IMG/VR virus record: IMGVR_UViG_3300021964_009400
Length of the DNA: 64,000 nt
Origin: a virus
Taxonomy: Duplodnaviria; Caudoviricetes
Direction: 5' to 3' (one strand)
The notes beneath the pieces are model-generated. The model was not told the DNA's origin and did no database searches. It worked only from the letters and a program-made list of their open reading frames with translations. Shown in pieces: positions 9,166 through 18,990 of this stretch. The number at the start of each line of letters is the position of its first letter. The first letter of the stretch is position 1. A program made the position numbers and the translations under genes.

Positions 9166-9624
9166 ATGAGATGGGTAGAATACTTTAGAAACTTGGCACA
9201 TCAAGTAAAACTTAAATCTAAAGATGAGAACACACAAATAGGTGCAATCATTGTTGGTAAGGATAAGGAAATCGTATCTACTGGTTACAACTCATTTCCA
9301 CGAGGATTAAAAGATAATAAAAAAGAAAGACAAGAACGACCTGAAAAGTATTATTGGTTCGAACATGGAGAAAGAAATGCTATCTACAATGCTGCAAGAA
9401 TAGGAGTATCAACTAAAGGTTGTACTATGTATCTATCTTGTGGAATTCCATGTGTAGATTGTGCACGAGGAATCATAAACGCTGGTATCACACGAATCTT
9501 TTGTGAACGAGGTGTTACTACTAAAGGAGACCATTGGGAAGAAAACTACCACAGAAGTTTCTCAATGTTAGAAGAAGCTGGAATAAATATTCAATTTTAT
9601 GATGATGAATATGGTGGATTGTAA
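9166..9624 (+). CDS. dCMP deaminase
   Basis: STGYN, EHGERNAI and PCVDCARGII zinc-deaminase motifs. Confidence 0.92.
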   Translation: MRWVEYFRNLAHQVKLKSKDENTQIGAIIVGKDKEIVSTGYNSFPRGLKDNKKERQERPEKYYWFEHGERNAIYNAARIGVSTKGCTMYLSCGIPCVDCARGIINAGITRIFCERGVTTKGDHWEENYHRSFSMLEEAGINIQFYDDEYGGL

Positions 9625-9652
9625 TACTTATGTATGCAAGGAGGTTGTATTA

Positions 9653-9817
9653 ATGGGATTCACAAATTCAGAATATTCAGAAGAACTATTACATAAATCA
9701 CATTCATTAGGAATTAAGGATGAATTGTGGGAAACTGTTTCTCAAATAAGAAAAGATGACCCCTTTCTTACCATACACGAAGCAATAGAAAAAGCATACT
9801 ATACATTAACAAATTAG
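9653..9817 (+). CDS. hypothetical protein
   Basis: ATG 9653 preceded by AAGGAGG; 54 aa. Confidence 0.65.
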   Translation: MGFTNSEYSEELLHKSHSLGIKDELWETVSQIRKDDPFLTIHEAIEKAYYTLTN

Positions 9818-9825
9818 ATATAAAT

Positions 9826-9834
9826 ATATTTATA
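9826..9834 (+). promoter_or_regulatory. putative late promoter ATATTTATA
   Basis: Intergenic, 18 nt before ORF 9853. Confidence 0.6.
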
Positions 9835-9852
9835 CTAAACGAGTAATGTACA

Positions 9853-10962
9853 ATGGCATATAAATTACCTAATATTGATAGTGGATTAATTACTGATATA
9901 AGTGGACAACTTTTATCAGATAATAGTGAAATGATAATTGAAAAAGGTGGTGGTAGTAGTATTTCTAAACCAACCCTATCAAACATATTAAGACCAATTC
10001 AAGATGTTTCGCTTCCAAGTCCAAACACAAAGCCAGAAAATAAAAAACCACAACCATCTTTAGCAAGACCAGAAATAGAACAAGATATCGTTAGTGATGA
10101 AAATGTAGATACGGTATCTGAGGTGTTAGGTGTTAGTAGTTTACCATACATTCAAAACCCATATCCAACAGAAGTAGGAACTGACCCATCTCCAAACTAC
10201 ACAGTAAAGGACGAAGCAATAACATTTACAGGCAAATATTCAGAAAACTTTTTAGAGTTTAAAACAAAAAATATTGATGATATACTTTCATTAAACATTA
10301 ATGAATATCCAACAAGTTTTAATTTTATAGTAGAATTTGTAAATGGTAATGAAAGAGATTATTATGCATCACCTATTTTATTAGGAGAATTAAAGGCAGA
10401 GTTAAACGCCGGTAATCCCTATAAAAACCGAACTACTATTCCTGTTATTAAATTTGATTTTTCATTTATAGAAAACTATTCAAAGGAAGCTCAATTTAAA
10501 ATACCTGAAGATTATGCAGAAGTTACAGTTACAAAAACTTTAACAACTAAAGAAGATATTTTAAGACATATTGATTGGATGGTAAGTAGTGATGAAACAT
10601 TAAGAAGAGCAAGTGATATTGGTGCATGGAAAATTGAATTAACAAAAGAACTTGGAATGGACCATTCTAAAGAGTTAGATAATTTAAACAAAAGAATATT
10701 GAATGAAGAATCAAATATATCAGATAATTTAAATCAAAGTGGTGAAAATTTAGATGGAGATAGTGATGGTACCTCACTAGGTAATCAAAATAATGTTGGA
10801 GATTTTGATGATAATGATAATCAAAAACCAGATAATAGTTCTGGCTTACTATATCCACCATTTGGTGTGCCAGGTAGAAGGACAGGAGAACGAAGAAAAA
10901 AGGGTGGAACAACTTACAGGTGGAGTAAAGTTAGAAATACTTGGATAGTATTAAGGTCTTAA
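9853..10962 (+). CDS. hypothetical late protein
   Basis: 369 aa, Pro/Ser-rich N-terminal linker, basic C-terminus; follows the late motif. Confidence 0.75.
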   Translation: MAYKLPNIDSGLITDISGQLLSDNSEMIIEKGGGSSISKPTLSNILRPIQDVSLPSPNTKPENKKPQPSLARPEIEQDIVSDENVDTVSEVLGVSSLPYIQNPYPTEVGTDPSPNYTVKDEAITFTGKYSENFLEFKTKNIDDILSLNINEYPTSFNFIVEFVNGNERDYYASPILLGELKAELNAGNPYKNRTTIPVIKFDFSFIENYSKEAQFKIPEDYAEVTVTKTLTTKEDILRHIDWMVSSDETLRRASDIGAWKIELTKELGMDHSKELDNLNKRILNEESNISDNLNQSGENLDGDSDGTSLGNQNNVGDFDDNDNQKPDNSSGLLYPPFGVPGRRTGERRKKGGTTYRWSKVRNTWIVLRS

Positions 10963-10963
10963 T

Positions 10964-11329
10964 ATGATAAACAATAATTTGTTAGCAACAACATCTTGGA
11001 GAAATTATTTACTTCCAAGAAATAAAAGAGTGAAAAACTTTTTAAAACAACGAGGTGCAGATGTTCTTTGGCAAGTATGTCAAAACATACACGAAGCGTA
11101 TCGTGATAAAAGAAGTGAGGTAGTAATACTGATACATCCAAATTTATCTCATGCTATACTAATTCCACAAAAAGATTATATTGAAGTATTAGAGGTTGGT
11201 TTAAAATATTTTACAAAACAAGAAAATTACGAAAAGTGTATTAAAATTAATGCAATCAAAATTGATATTAAAGAAAAAAGAGAACTAGGAAAGCCAATAT
11301 ATGATAAAATAAAACGAGATATATTATAA
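10964..11329 (+). CDS. hypothetical protein with ENYExC motif
   Basis: 121 aa; KQENYEKCIKI. Confidence 0.75.
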   Translation: MINNNLLATTSWRNYLLPRNKRVKNFLKQRGADVLWQVCQNIHEAYRDKRSEVVILIHPNLSHAILIPQKDYIEVLEVGLKYFTKQENYEKCIKINAIKIDIKEKRELGKPIYDKIKRDIL

Positions 11330-11346
11330 TAAATTTGATAAAAGAT

Positions 11347-11355
11347 ATACTTATA
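11347..11355 (+). promoter_or_regulatory. putative late promoter variant ATACTTATA
   Basis: One mismatch to the recurrent motif; intergenic, upstream of the Hint protein. Confidence 0.5.
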
Positions 11356-11392
11356 TAAGAGGAATACTATTTAAAAAAAGTACATATATACC

Positions 11393-13183
11393 ATGAAAGG
11401 AACATTAATATCAGCCGATTTCATTAAAGATGAAAACGAAGATTTAAGACTTTTAGAAATAAATACAGATACTGGTTTTATATCAGCATCTTTTAGTAGT
11501 TTAGATTTTACAGAATTATTCGATGTATTTACAAGTGAATCAATTGATACTGTTCATGTAATATATAAAGATTTTCATTTAGAGTTTGTTGATTATTTTT
11601 CAAGTTCATTAAACGCAGCATTAAGTTCATCTGTTACTACATTTGAAAGAGATTTGATTGAAATATGTACAATATATCCTGAATCAGTTACAGATGCAGA
11701 AAACAAATTTATCTTAAGATTAGCTTATGATGAATCAGCAATATTAGATAGTGAATACGCAAAAGATAATATAAATTTATATAAATTATATGCTGATAAT
11801 TCTGATAGTGGTTCTATCGTACCGTTTGCATATTCTTCATCTGCATTTGAACACGATAACTTAGGAGTTGATACAATTAACTCATCTTCAAACCTACCTG
11901 ATATAGCAGTTAGAAATAGTAGAATTGGACCAAAAGCAGCAATGAGTTTTTTCAAAATAGGAAACTCAACAAGTTCATCTCTTGATAGATTAAATCATAC
12001 AAAAGAAGTTTTACAAAATGATGATACTCTAATCCAAAAATATTATACAGGCGATGTTACTGCAAATAAAGTATCATCAATTAGGTCTTATAAAGTAATA
12101 TATGGAAGTGATTTAGATATTGCTACTATTGGAGAGTATGAAGTTGAAGCAATATTAGAAAAACCAACATCAATCCCAGTCGATGATAATTTAATAGTAA
12201 ATTGGCTGCCAACACACCATTACTTTGAATTTACAACTAATGAAATAAGAGTAAACTCAGAGGGTATAATTGGAGAACAAGAAGTAGTTGCAAGTGATGG
12301 GACTCATGTACCGATTTCTGGTAGTTCGATTGGTGATAGTTTAAAAGCATATTATATACATGGTGCACCTGATACTGATGAGCAGGAAATATTTAGAGAG
12401 TGGTCTCACGCAGGTTCAACTTTACCAAGTGGTTCTTATGCAACATCTTCTCAAGTTACTTTTGTTTACGAAGAACAATCTAAATATAATGCAGTTGCAA
12501 ACATAACACTTTCAAGTGGCTCATTTAGAGTATCACCATTTGTTTATTTACTTGTCTATGATAGTGTGAATAATCAAATAGTATATAGGTTCCCATATGA
12601 AATGAACACATCAGATTTTCAGTTGTTTGATGAAAGTGGTTCATTAGAAAGTATTAGTTCAATTAATATAGAAATTCTTTCAGGCTCTTATACAATGTAT
12701 AGTTTAAACTTAGAAGAAGTGGATAACTTTATATTAGCAGATGGTGGTTTATCAAGTAATGTTGTTACTCACAACTGCTTCGTTGCAGGTACTGAAATTA
12801 GTTTATCGAATGGAGATGTAAAGAATATTGAAGATATTAATATTGGAGAGGAAGTACTTACCTATAATGAAGAAAGTGAAAGTAATGAAAAAGGAACTGT
12901 TGGTAAATTAAAACAACATGAAGTTAATTCTGTAATTAGAATTACCCTTGATAACGAAAATATAATTATTACTACATCAGAACACCCATTCTATATAAAT
13001 GGAAAAGGGTGGGTTAAGGCTAGTGAGATAGAAGTTCTTGATACTTGTAAAAAAGTAAATGGAGAAGAATCCTTAGTTTCAACAGTAGATGTATTGGATG
13101 AAACACATACAGTTTATAACCTATTAAGTGTATCTGAAAATCACAACTTTTATGCAAACGGCATTTTAGTACATAACAAATAA
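11393..13183 (+). CDS. circularly permuted ATP-grasp-like domain fused to two tandem Hint (intein-like) domains
   Basis: N-terminal ADFIKDENEDLRLLEINTDTG; degenerate Hint aa 291-461 ending VVTHN; second Hint aa 462-595 (CFVAGT..IGEEVLTY..TSEHPF..VYNL..HNF..LVHN) plus one Lys. Confidence 0.75.
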   Translation: MKGTLISADFIKDENEDLRLLEINTDTGFISASFSSLDFTELFDVFTSESIDTVHVIYKDFHLEFVDYFSSSLNAALSSSVTTFERDLIEICTIYPESVTDAENKFILRLAYDESAILDSEYAKDNINLYKLYADNSDSGSIVPFAYSSSAFEHDNLGVDTINSSSNLPDIAVRNSRIGPKAAMSFFKIGNSTSSSLDRLNHTKEVLQNDDTLIQKYYTGDVTANKVSSIRSYKVIYGSDLDIATIGEYEVEAILEKPTSIPVDDNLIVNWLPTHHYFEFTTNEIRVNSEGIIGEQEVVASDGTHVPISGSSIGDSLKAYYIHGAPDTDEQEIFREWSHAGSTLPSGSYATSSQVTFVYEEQSKYNAVANITLSSGSFRVSPFVYLLVYDSVNNQIVYRFPYEMNTSDFQLFDESGSLESISSINIEILSGSYTMYSLNLEEVDNFILADGGLSSNVVTHNCFVAGTEISLSNGDVKNIEDINIGEEVLTYNEESESNEKGTVGKLKQHEVNSVIRITLDNENIIITTSEHPFYINGKGWVKASEIEVLDTCKKVNGEESLVSTVDVLDETHTVYNLLSVSENHNFYANGILVHNK

Positions 13184-13194
13184 AAGAAAGAATT

Positions 13195-13332
13195 ATGGCA
13201 CAAGTTTATAAAACATTATCACCAGAGGCGGTAAAAACAAGAACAACTACACCATTAACTACTAGTGAAAAAAATCAAGTAAATTCAATACTTGGTAATT
13301 TTATAACATATTTTAAAGCAGCACATGCATAA
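13195..13332 (+). CDS. small protein (45 aa, not in ORF track)
   Basis: MAQVYKTLSPEAVKTRTTTPLTTSEKNQVNSILGNFITYFKAAHA; fills the gap exactly. Confidence 0.65.
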   Translation: MAQVYKTLSPEAVKTRTTTPLTTSEKNQVNSILGNFITYFKAAHA

Positions 13333-13340
13333 CACTCGTT

Positions 13341-13994
13341 ATGATTTACGCTACAATGTGTGTTGGTAGTGATTGGATTAATAGATTTAAAGAAGATATA
13401 AATAAATTTTCTACCACCAATAGTTTACATATATTAACTGATGATTCAACTCAGTTTAGTAATACTGCTTCATGTTATGAATACACTAGAGATATATTTA
13501 GTTATTACGAAAAAATAAAATTCATTTTAGATTTATCGAAAACATACGAGGAAAGAATCACATACATTGATTCTGATTGGATTTCTCAATATAATACAAA
13601 CCTTAAATATGATAATTCAAGTTTATACACCTATATGATTTTTGATTTATCATCTGAAATAGATAGACCTATGTGGTTTAGTGATTTTGAAATTGAAATG
13701 AGAAATGGGAAATTATTAAATATAATAAATGAAACAGGTATTATTTCACAATATATACTAGAAGCATTAATTTCATTTCCATATCAAGAAAACATTGATG
13801 AGCTTATTGATGATTCAAAAAAACTTCAAACCTTTTTGGAAAGTACATATAAGACTGATACTAAGACAAGTAAAAGATTAAATAGATATAAAAAAGGAAT
13901 AGGATATGCAGAAGGTTGGGGAATGAGTGCACTTTGTGTGAAGTATAATATTGATATCAAAGATATTGATTGGAGAAAAAAAAGTTTAGTATAA
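13341..13994 (+). CDS. putative GT-A fold glycosyltransferase
   Basis: IYATMCVG start, LHILTD, EKIKFI, and TYIDSD (DxD) motif. Confidence 0.5.
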   Translation: MIYATMCVGSDWINRFKEDINKFSTTNSLHILTDDSTQFSNTASCYEYTRDIFSYYEKIKFILDLSKTYEERITYIDSDWISQYNTNLKYDNSSLYTYMIFDLSSEIDRPMWFSDFEIEMRNGKLLNIINETGIISQYILEALISFPYQENIDELIDDSKKLQTFLESTYKTDTKTSKRLNRYKKGIGYAEGWGMSALCVKYNIDIKDIDWRKKSLV

Positions 13995-14488
13995 TGACAA
14001 AAAAATTAAGTAATAGCGATTTTAGTAAAATTAACGAACTACTTGATGGTGCTAAAATAATATCAAAAAAAGAATTTGATAAAAGAGTTAGTATCTTTCC
14101 AACATGGAAATTAGTAGATGAAGGTAAAGATTTTACAGATATGAAATTACAACATTACGATAATTCAAATACAGAGTTGATTGAAATACTTAATAGAATA
14201 AGTGGTTGTGCTAGTAAAGATATAACATCGTTACATACTGTAACATATACTGAAGGACACTTTTTAAGACCACATTTGGATAGAAGTTCAAAAGTAACTT
14301 TAAATATTTTATTAGAAGCTGATTGTGATGGTGGTGAATTATACATAGATGGAAAAGATAGTGGTTTAAACTTTCCTGGTGATTATGTTATATACAATGG
14401 TGGTAAGCAGGAACACGAAGTAAAACTAATAAAAAAAGGAAAAAGAAAAACTTTAATTATTTGGTACGATAAGAAAATTCTAATGTAA
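13994..14488 (+). CDS. 2OG-Fe(II) oxygenase
   Basis: HLD...GGEL...HEV...R facial triad and 2OG-binding Arg; ATG 13994. Confidence 0.85.
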   Translation: MTKKLSNSDFSKINELLDGAKIISKKEFDKRVSIFPTWKLVDEGKDFTDMKLQHYDNSNTELIEILNRISGCASKDITSLHTVTYTEGHFLRPHLDRSSKVTLNILLEADCDGGELYIDGKDSGLNFPGDYVIYNGGKQEHEVKLIKKGKRKTLIIWYDKKILM

Positions 14489-14492
14489 TAAT

Positions 14493-14501
14493 ATATTTAT
14501 A
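14493..14501 (+). promoter_or_regulatory. putative late promoter ATATTTATA
   Basis: Intergenic, 11 nt before ORF 14513. Confidence 0.55.
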
Positions 14502-14512
14502 ATAAAGGTATT

Positions 14513-15031
14513 ATGGTTAACAAAAAAGATGTTGTACAAATGAGAATTTGGGCACCCGAATTCAAACTTCCTTGTGAACTCGATTCACGATATACCTATG
14601 TGGAGGTAACTGATTTATCTTATAAATCTGATTTAAAAAAAATCATTGACAGTATTAATGAAGAATTATCCGATTGGAAAGATAGACCTGATTTGGAAAA
14701 TCTACAAAAAAGATTTGATGTAGGTTGTTCGTGTTTTATTCAATATTTTAAAGGAGAAGTATGTGGTTGGTTTTGGACATGTAATTTCTTAACTTATGAT
14801 TGGATTGAAAAAGTAAAAGATTTACCAACTCCAAACTCTAACTATTCTGGTGGAACTTATGTAATTAAAAAAGTTGCACCAAGAAATGGTGGATATCAAT
14901 TATATGCATATTGTGTTAGAGAGGTTATGAGCAGAACTGATTATGGTTATGCATATGTAGATAAATGGAATAAGGCACCAATTAGATTAAACTTTAATTG
15001 TGGTGCAACATTTATTGATAATTTATTATAA
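14513..15031 (+). CDS. GNAT-like acyltransferase (tentative)
   Basis: CFIQYFKGEVCGWFW and YV...RNGGY..L; final strand YAYVDKWNKAPIRL is consistent with a GNAT layout. Confidence 0.4.
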   Translation: MVNKKDVVQMRIWAPEFKLPCELDSRYTYVEVTDLSYKSDLKKIIDSINEELSDWKDRPDLENLQKRFDVGCSCFIQYFKGEVCGWFWTCNFLTYDWIEKVKDLPTPNSNYSGGTYVIKKVAPRNGGYQLYAYCVREVMSRTDYGYAYVDKWNKAPIRLNFNCGATFIDNLL

Positions 15032-15035
15032 AACT

Positions 15036-15698
15036 ATGACACAAAATATTAAGAAACAAGCCCCAAAGGGTAAAGTAAAATTTTCAATAACTCTATCTGA
15101 AGAACAAAAGATGGCAAAGACAAATATCTTATACCATCCTTATAATTTTGTAATGGGTAAAGCAGGTTCTGGTAAAACACTTCTTGCAGTACAAATTGCA
15201 TTAGATATGTTCTTCACAAGACAGATAAACAAAATCATTATAACAAGACCAACAGTATCAAACGAAGATAATGGATATCTACCTGGTTCGCTTGATGAAA
15301 AGATGGAACCTTGGTTAGTACCGATTCGTTCTAATATGAGAAAAGTTTACAACAAGCCAGCTATTCTACAAAAGATGGAATCAGAAGAAAGTATAGAATT
15401 AGTATCACTATCTCACTTTAGAGGAAGAACATTTGAAAATTCTTGTGTAATTGTAGATGAGTTTCAAAACTTAACTAAATCACAATTAGGAATGGTGTTG
15501 GGTAGATTAGGAAAAAAATCAACTATGATTCTTACTGGTGACCCACAACAAATTGATTTAAAGTTCCCAAATGATTCAGCAATACACGAAGTACCAAAAG
15601 TTAAAGAATCTAAATATGTTTATGCAATAACTCTTGTTGATAATCATAGACACGAGGCGTTAGATGAACTACTAAGATTGTTACAAACTTACTCATGA
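15036..15698 (+). CDS. phoH: PhoH family ATPase
   Basis: GKAGSGKT, IIITRP, GYLPG, RGRTF, DEFQN, GDPQQID motifs. Confidence 0.95.
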   Translation: MTQNIKKQAPKGKVKFSITLSEEQKMAKTNILYHPYNFVMGKAGSGKTLLAVQIALDMFFTRQINKIIITRPTVSNEDNGYLPGSLDEKMEPWLVPIRSNMRKVYNKPAILQKMESEESIELVSLSHFRGRTFENSCVIVDEFQNLTKSQLGMVLGRLGKKSTMILTGDPQQIDLKFPNDSAIHEVPKVKESKYVYAITLVDNHRHEALDELLRLLQTYS

Positions 15699-16324
15699 AA
15701 ATTTTAATTATAGGCATACCAAGAACAGGTAGTACATCGCTCTGGTCTAATATAATTAACTTAGGATATAGTGGTTTGAATGAACCATATAGAAGATACA
15801 ATCATAATTATTTAAAACACCCATATCCATTAGATATTTTAAAAAACGAAAAGATAGTAGTGAAGCATTTAATACACGATATACCACGAAAAAAGTATAT
15901 CGGTAATATGAGTGATATTGAAGTATGTAAGGAGATGTCAGAACAATTTGATAAAACTATTATACTTGATAGAAGAAACTCTCAAGAAATTTTGGAAAGT
16001 TATATTGGTTTATACTATAATTTAGATAACAATATGGATATTCATTCTAGTTGGGAATTTTCTAATATTCCTAAAGAATATGTAAATCAATTTATATTAG
16101 ATAATAAGCACAAATTGATTTATGATTTTAAAACAAAAATACAGACATTATCAACACTACTATCTATACCAATTACTTATTATGAAGATTTATACGGAGA
16201 AGATAGAGAACTATCTTTAAACATAATTAAATCTTGGAAACTTGATATAGATGAAGAACGATTAAACGATACATTAAATCCATTAAATCGATATAGATTA
16301 TTCCAAAAAAAATCTATAATTTAG
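15695..16324 (+). CDS. sulfotransferase-like protein
   Basis: IIGIPRTGSTSL 5'-PSB-like loop, LNEPY, ILDRRN, ITYYEDL. Confidence 0.7.
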   Translation: MKILIIGIPRTGSTSLWSNIINLGYSGLNEPYRRYNHNYLKHPYPLDILKNEKIVVKHLIHDIPRKKYIGNMSDIEVCKEMSEQFDKTIILDRRNSQEILESYIGLYYNLDNNMDIHSSWEFSNIPKEYVNQFILDNKHKLIYDFKTKIQTLSTLLSIPITYYEDLYGEDRELSLNIIKSWKLDIDEERLNDTLNPLNRYRLFQKKSII

Positions 16325-16356
16325 AAACTTTTTATTGCAAAAATAATTGAAAAAAG

Positions 16357-16399
16357 CCATTGTAGTCTCGGCTTTTTTTCGTATATTTACTATGTAAAT
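16357..16399 (+). promoter_or_regulatory. Bacteroidota-type promoter, TAGTCTC subclass, with ATTTAC-N3-GTAAAT palindrome
   Basis: CCATTGTAGTCTC-N12-TATATTTAC-TAT-GTAAAT. Confidence 0.75.
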
Positions 16400-16431
16400 G
16401 AGTGATAATTAAACCCTTTAAAACCTTAAAA

Positions 16432-16731
16432 ATGATAAAAGAAACACACATCGGATTAGTAAGAATGAACGAGAGTAAAACTAAGTTATATGGCGTTCAG
16501 TATATGTTATCTAAGTGGGAAAGAAACTTAGGTGATACTTTAAATATTGATGGAACTAAATGGTTAGTTGGTATGATTGGTGATACTAAGAACGATGTAA
16601 TCTCTGCTCTTAATGTTATTATTAAGAAACAAAATTCTATAATCAATAAGAAAAAATACCAACAGAGAAAAGAAGAAAAGTTCATTATGAATAATATTCT
16701 TAACAATGTAATGAAAGAATTAAACCTTTAA
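16432..16731 (+). CDS. hypothetical protein
   Basis: ORF after the promoter; ATG 16432 or GTG 16402. Confidence 0.7.
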   Translation: MIKETHIGLVRMNESKTKLYGVQYMLSKWERNLGDTLNIDGTKWLVGMIGDTKNDVISALNVIIKKQNSIINKKKYQQRKEEKFIMNNILNNVMKELNL

Positions 16732-16734
16732 AAT

Positions 16735-16941
16735 ATGATAAAAGTAAACGATAAAATAAAATTTGAAAATAAGTATGGACAAATCCAAGAGGGAATTGTT
16801 ACCGATAATAACTACCAATGTGAATTTGATGCAGACCTTAATGGTTGTGTTAGAGTATCGGTAGATTATGGTAGTAGTATTATTGGAACTGTAAATACAT
16901 TAATCGATAAATCACAAATCTTAAAAAACGTAAAATTATGA
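16735..16941 (+). CDS. hypothetical small beta-rich protein
   Basis: 68 aa in operon context. Confidence 0.7.
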   Translation: MIKVNDKIKFENKYGQIQEGIVTDNNYQCEFDADLNGCVRVSVDYGSSIIGTVNTLIDKSQILKNVKL

Positions 16942-17177
16942 GTAAATCAAATGAAAGATATCCTAATGGGTACATGGGTAAAATTGAGTATTGGACTAGT
17001 AAGTTGAATGCTGAGGTTATGAATACGAAAGTTCCGAACTTGGAGGAGATAGATAGGATTCACCGAAAGTTAGATTACTTTATCCAAAGACAATTCGATA
17101 CACAAGTAATTCTGAAAGAACCAGAACAACCTCTAGTGGGAGATACGTTCTTAAGAAGTATCGGAATTTTAAAATAA
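16938..17177 (+). CDS. hypothetical protein
   Basis: 79 aa, ATGA overlap with the previous gene. Confidence 0.7.
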   Translation: MSKSNERYPNGYMGKIEYWTSKLNAEVMNTKVPNLEEIDRIHRKLDYFIQRQFDTQVILKEPEQPLVGDTFLRSIGILK

Positions 17178-17208
17178 AATTTAGTACGAACCAGTAAAAT
17201 TAATTAAA

Positions 17209-17379
17209 ATGATAAAAGCAATTAAAAGTAAAATGTTAACTTACCTATTCAAAGATTGGGTAATGAATGAAAAAGACCTAGATAGTTTAAAAATTACAAA
17301 AAACTTTATTAGAAAAAGAGAAATTGAAATTATAGGACATGTGCCTGTTGTTGGATTTAGGTCTTACTCAAAAAAATAA
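17209..17379 (+). CDS. hypothetical protein (56 aa, not in ORF track)
   Basis: MIKAIKSKMLTYLFKDWVMNEK...; fills the gap. Confidence 0.6.
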   Translation: MIKAIKSKMLTYLFKDWVMNEKDLDSLKITKNFIRKREIEIIGHVPVVGFRSYSKK

Positions 17380-17390
17380 TATTTTAACAA

Positions 17391-17819
17391 GTGGGTAAAT
17401 ATAAATTTGTAAATAGAAAATTCCCAAAGGAATTTCAGAGACTTGTAGATTATATCAAACTAAAAAAAGGGGTTGATGTAAAATTATCTCACATTACAAA
17501 ATATTTAGGTCCATGGAATAGAACAATATTTATACATCATAACTATGATTTAAAAAAGAATGGATTAATTGCATTGTTACATGAAATTGGTCATGTCTTA
17601 CAACCACCTACAAATGTTGGTGTTAATTCATATAAAAACATAGATATAGATAGATACCCAAGTGAATATGAAATGGGTAGGTTTCTAAACGAATTAGACG
17701 CATGGGAGCGTGGTTATAAAATACTAAAAGAATTAAATATAAAAATAAATAAAAATGATTGGAATACTCAAAAACAAGAAGCCCTTATTACTTATTGGCC
17801 TACTAATACTATTAGGTAG
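17391..17819 (+). CDS. HExxH metallopeptidase-like protein (ImmA/IrrE-like)
   Basis: LLHEIGH and downstream ELDAW. Confidence 0.65.
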   Translation: MGKYKFVNRKFPKEFQRLVDYIKLKKGVDVKLSHITKYLGPWNRTIFIHHNYDLKKNGLIALLHEIGHVLQPPTNVGVNSYKNIDIDRYPSEYEMGRFLNELDAWERGYKILKELNIKINKNDWNTQKQEALITYWPTNTIR

Positions 17820-18990
17820 TTGTGAATACGAACCATACGAAAGTTCAGATATAGGTAAAAATCCACAAAAAGAAATTGTAAAATCAGAATCTTACTATAA
17901 CCAAAAAAGTGGAATAGTATTTAGATGGGGAGATTATCAAGGAGACCCTAATAATTCTCATTCATCAATAATGAATAACCTATCGGGTAAACAAGGCTGG
18001 TATGGTCATCAAGCATATGGTGATGTAAACAAAGATGGGTTTCAAGATATACTTACAACTCATTGGAATTCTGAATACGATAGTGATACTAATTGGTATA
18101 TTAATAGTGGAGATAATAAAACATTTACCGAAGACGCACAATATATTAACTCATCACTTAAGGGATTGGGTAATTATAAAATATTAAAAACAGATGTTAA
18201 TAATGATAGTTTAGCAGATTATGTTTTACTTGGGGTAGATGAAAGAATACCAGGTGATTATGGTGGAAACTTTACAGTATTAATTCAAAATAAACAAGGT
18301 AAGTTTGATGTTAACTCAATAGATGAAGGTAAGGGGTTGTGGTATCACACCGGAGCTAGTGGAGATTTAGATGGAGATGGGTTTGTTGATATAGTAACTG
18401 CAACTTATATTTGGTTGGGAGATGGTACAGGTAATTTTATTAATACTAATATTAGTGTTGATGATTTTGGAATTAAACCTGCATTGAGTTATGAAATACT
18501 TGATATAAACAAAGACGGGTATAATGATATTATTGTAGGAACAATGAAACCAGGACCTGATATGTATGGTAGTAATTCAAGTATAATGTTGGGTAAACCT
18601 ACTTTTGGAGAATATGATATTATTTCATTACCCACTACTGAAACAAATGCTACACTTGATTTTGAATTTTTAGATTATGATAATGATGGAGATTTAGATA
18701 TATTAGAATTAAGAAACATAAATGCTGGTATAGATACCTGGTCAGATTACTCTTACATACATTTATATGAAAATGATAATTTAACCTTTACATTGAATAA
18801 TGAATTATTTAAAGAGGCAAAAGATGGTGGGTATATGCATGGTTCTCAAGATAAACATGGTTGGTCAAGATTTAAGATTGATGATATAGATAACGATGGA
18901 GTTATGGATATTGTTGCAGAAAATTATCAAGATGGATATTACAATGGACTAAAAAAGATTGCAGGTGAGTGGAAAAAACATCGATTTTAA
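17755..18990 (+). CDS. FG-GAP/VCBS-repeat lipoprotein
   Basis: Lipobox LLGSC; six D(V/L/I/Y)(N/D)xD(G/S)xxD(I/Y) repeats (e.g. GDVNKDGFQDI, GDLDGDGFVDI, DYDNDGDLDI). Confidence 0.85.
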   Translation: MIGILKNKKPLLLIGLLILLGSCEYEPYESSDIGKNPQKEIVKSESYYNQKSGIVFRWGDYQGDPNNSHSSIMNNLSGKQGWYGHQAYGDVNKDGFQDILTTHWNSEYDSDTNWYINSGDNKTFTEDAQYINSSLKGLGNYKILKTDVNNDSLADYVLLGVDERIPGDYGGNFTVLIQNKQGKFDVNSIDEGKGLWYHTGASGDLDGDGFVDIVTATYIWLGDGTGNFINTNISVDDFGIKPALSYEILDINKDGYNDIIVGTMKPGPDMYGSNSSIMLGKPTFGEYDIISLPTTETNATLDFEFLDYDNDGDLDILELRNINAGIDTWSDYSYIHLYENDNLTFTLNNELFKEAKDGGYMHGSQDKHGWSRFKIDDIDNDGVMDIVAENYQDGYYNGLKKIAGEWKKHRF

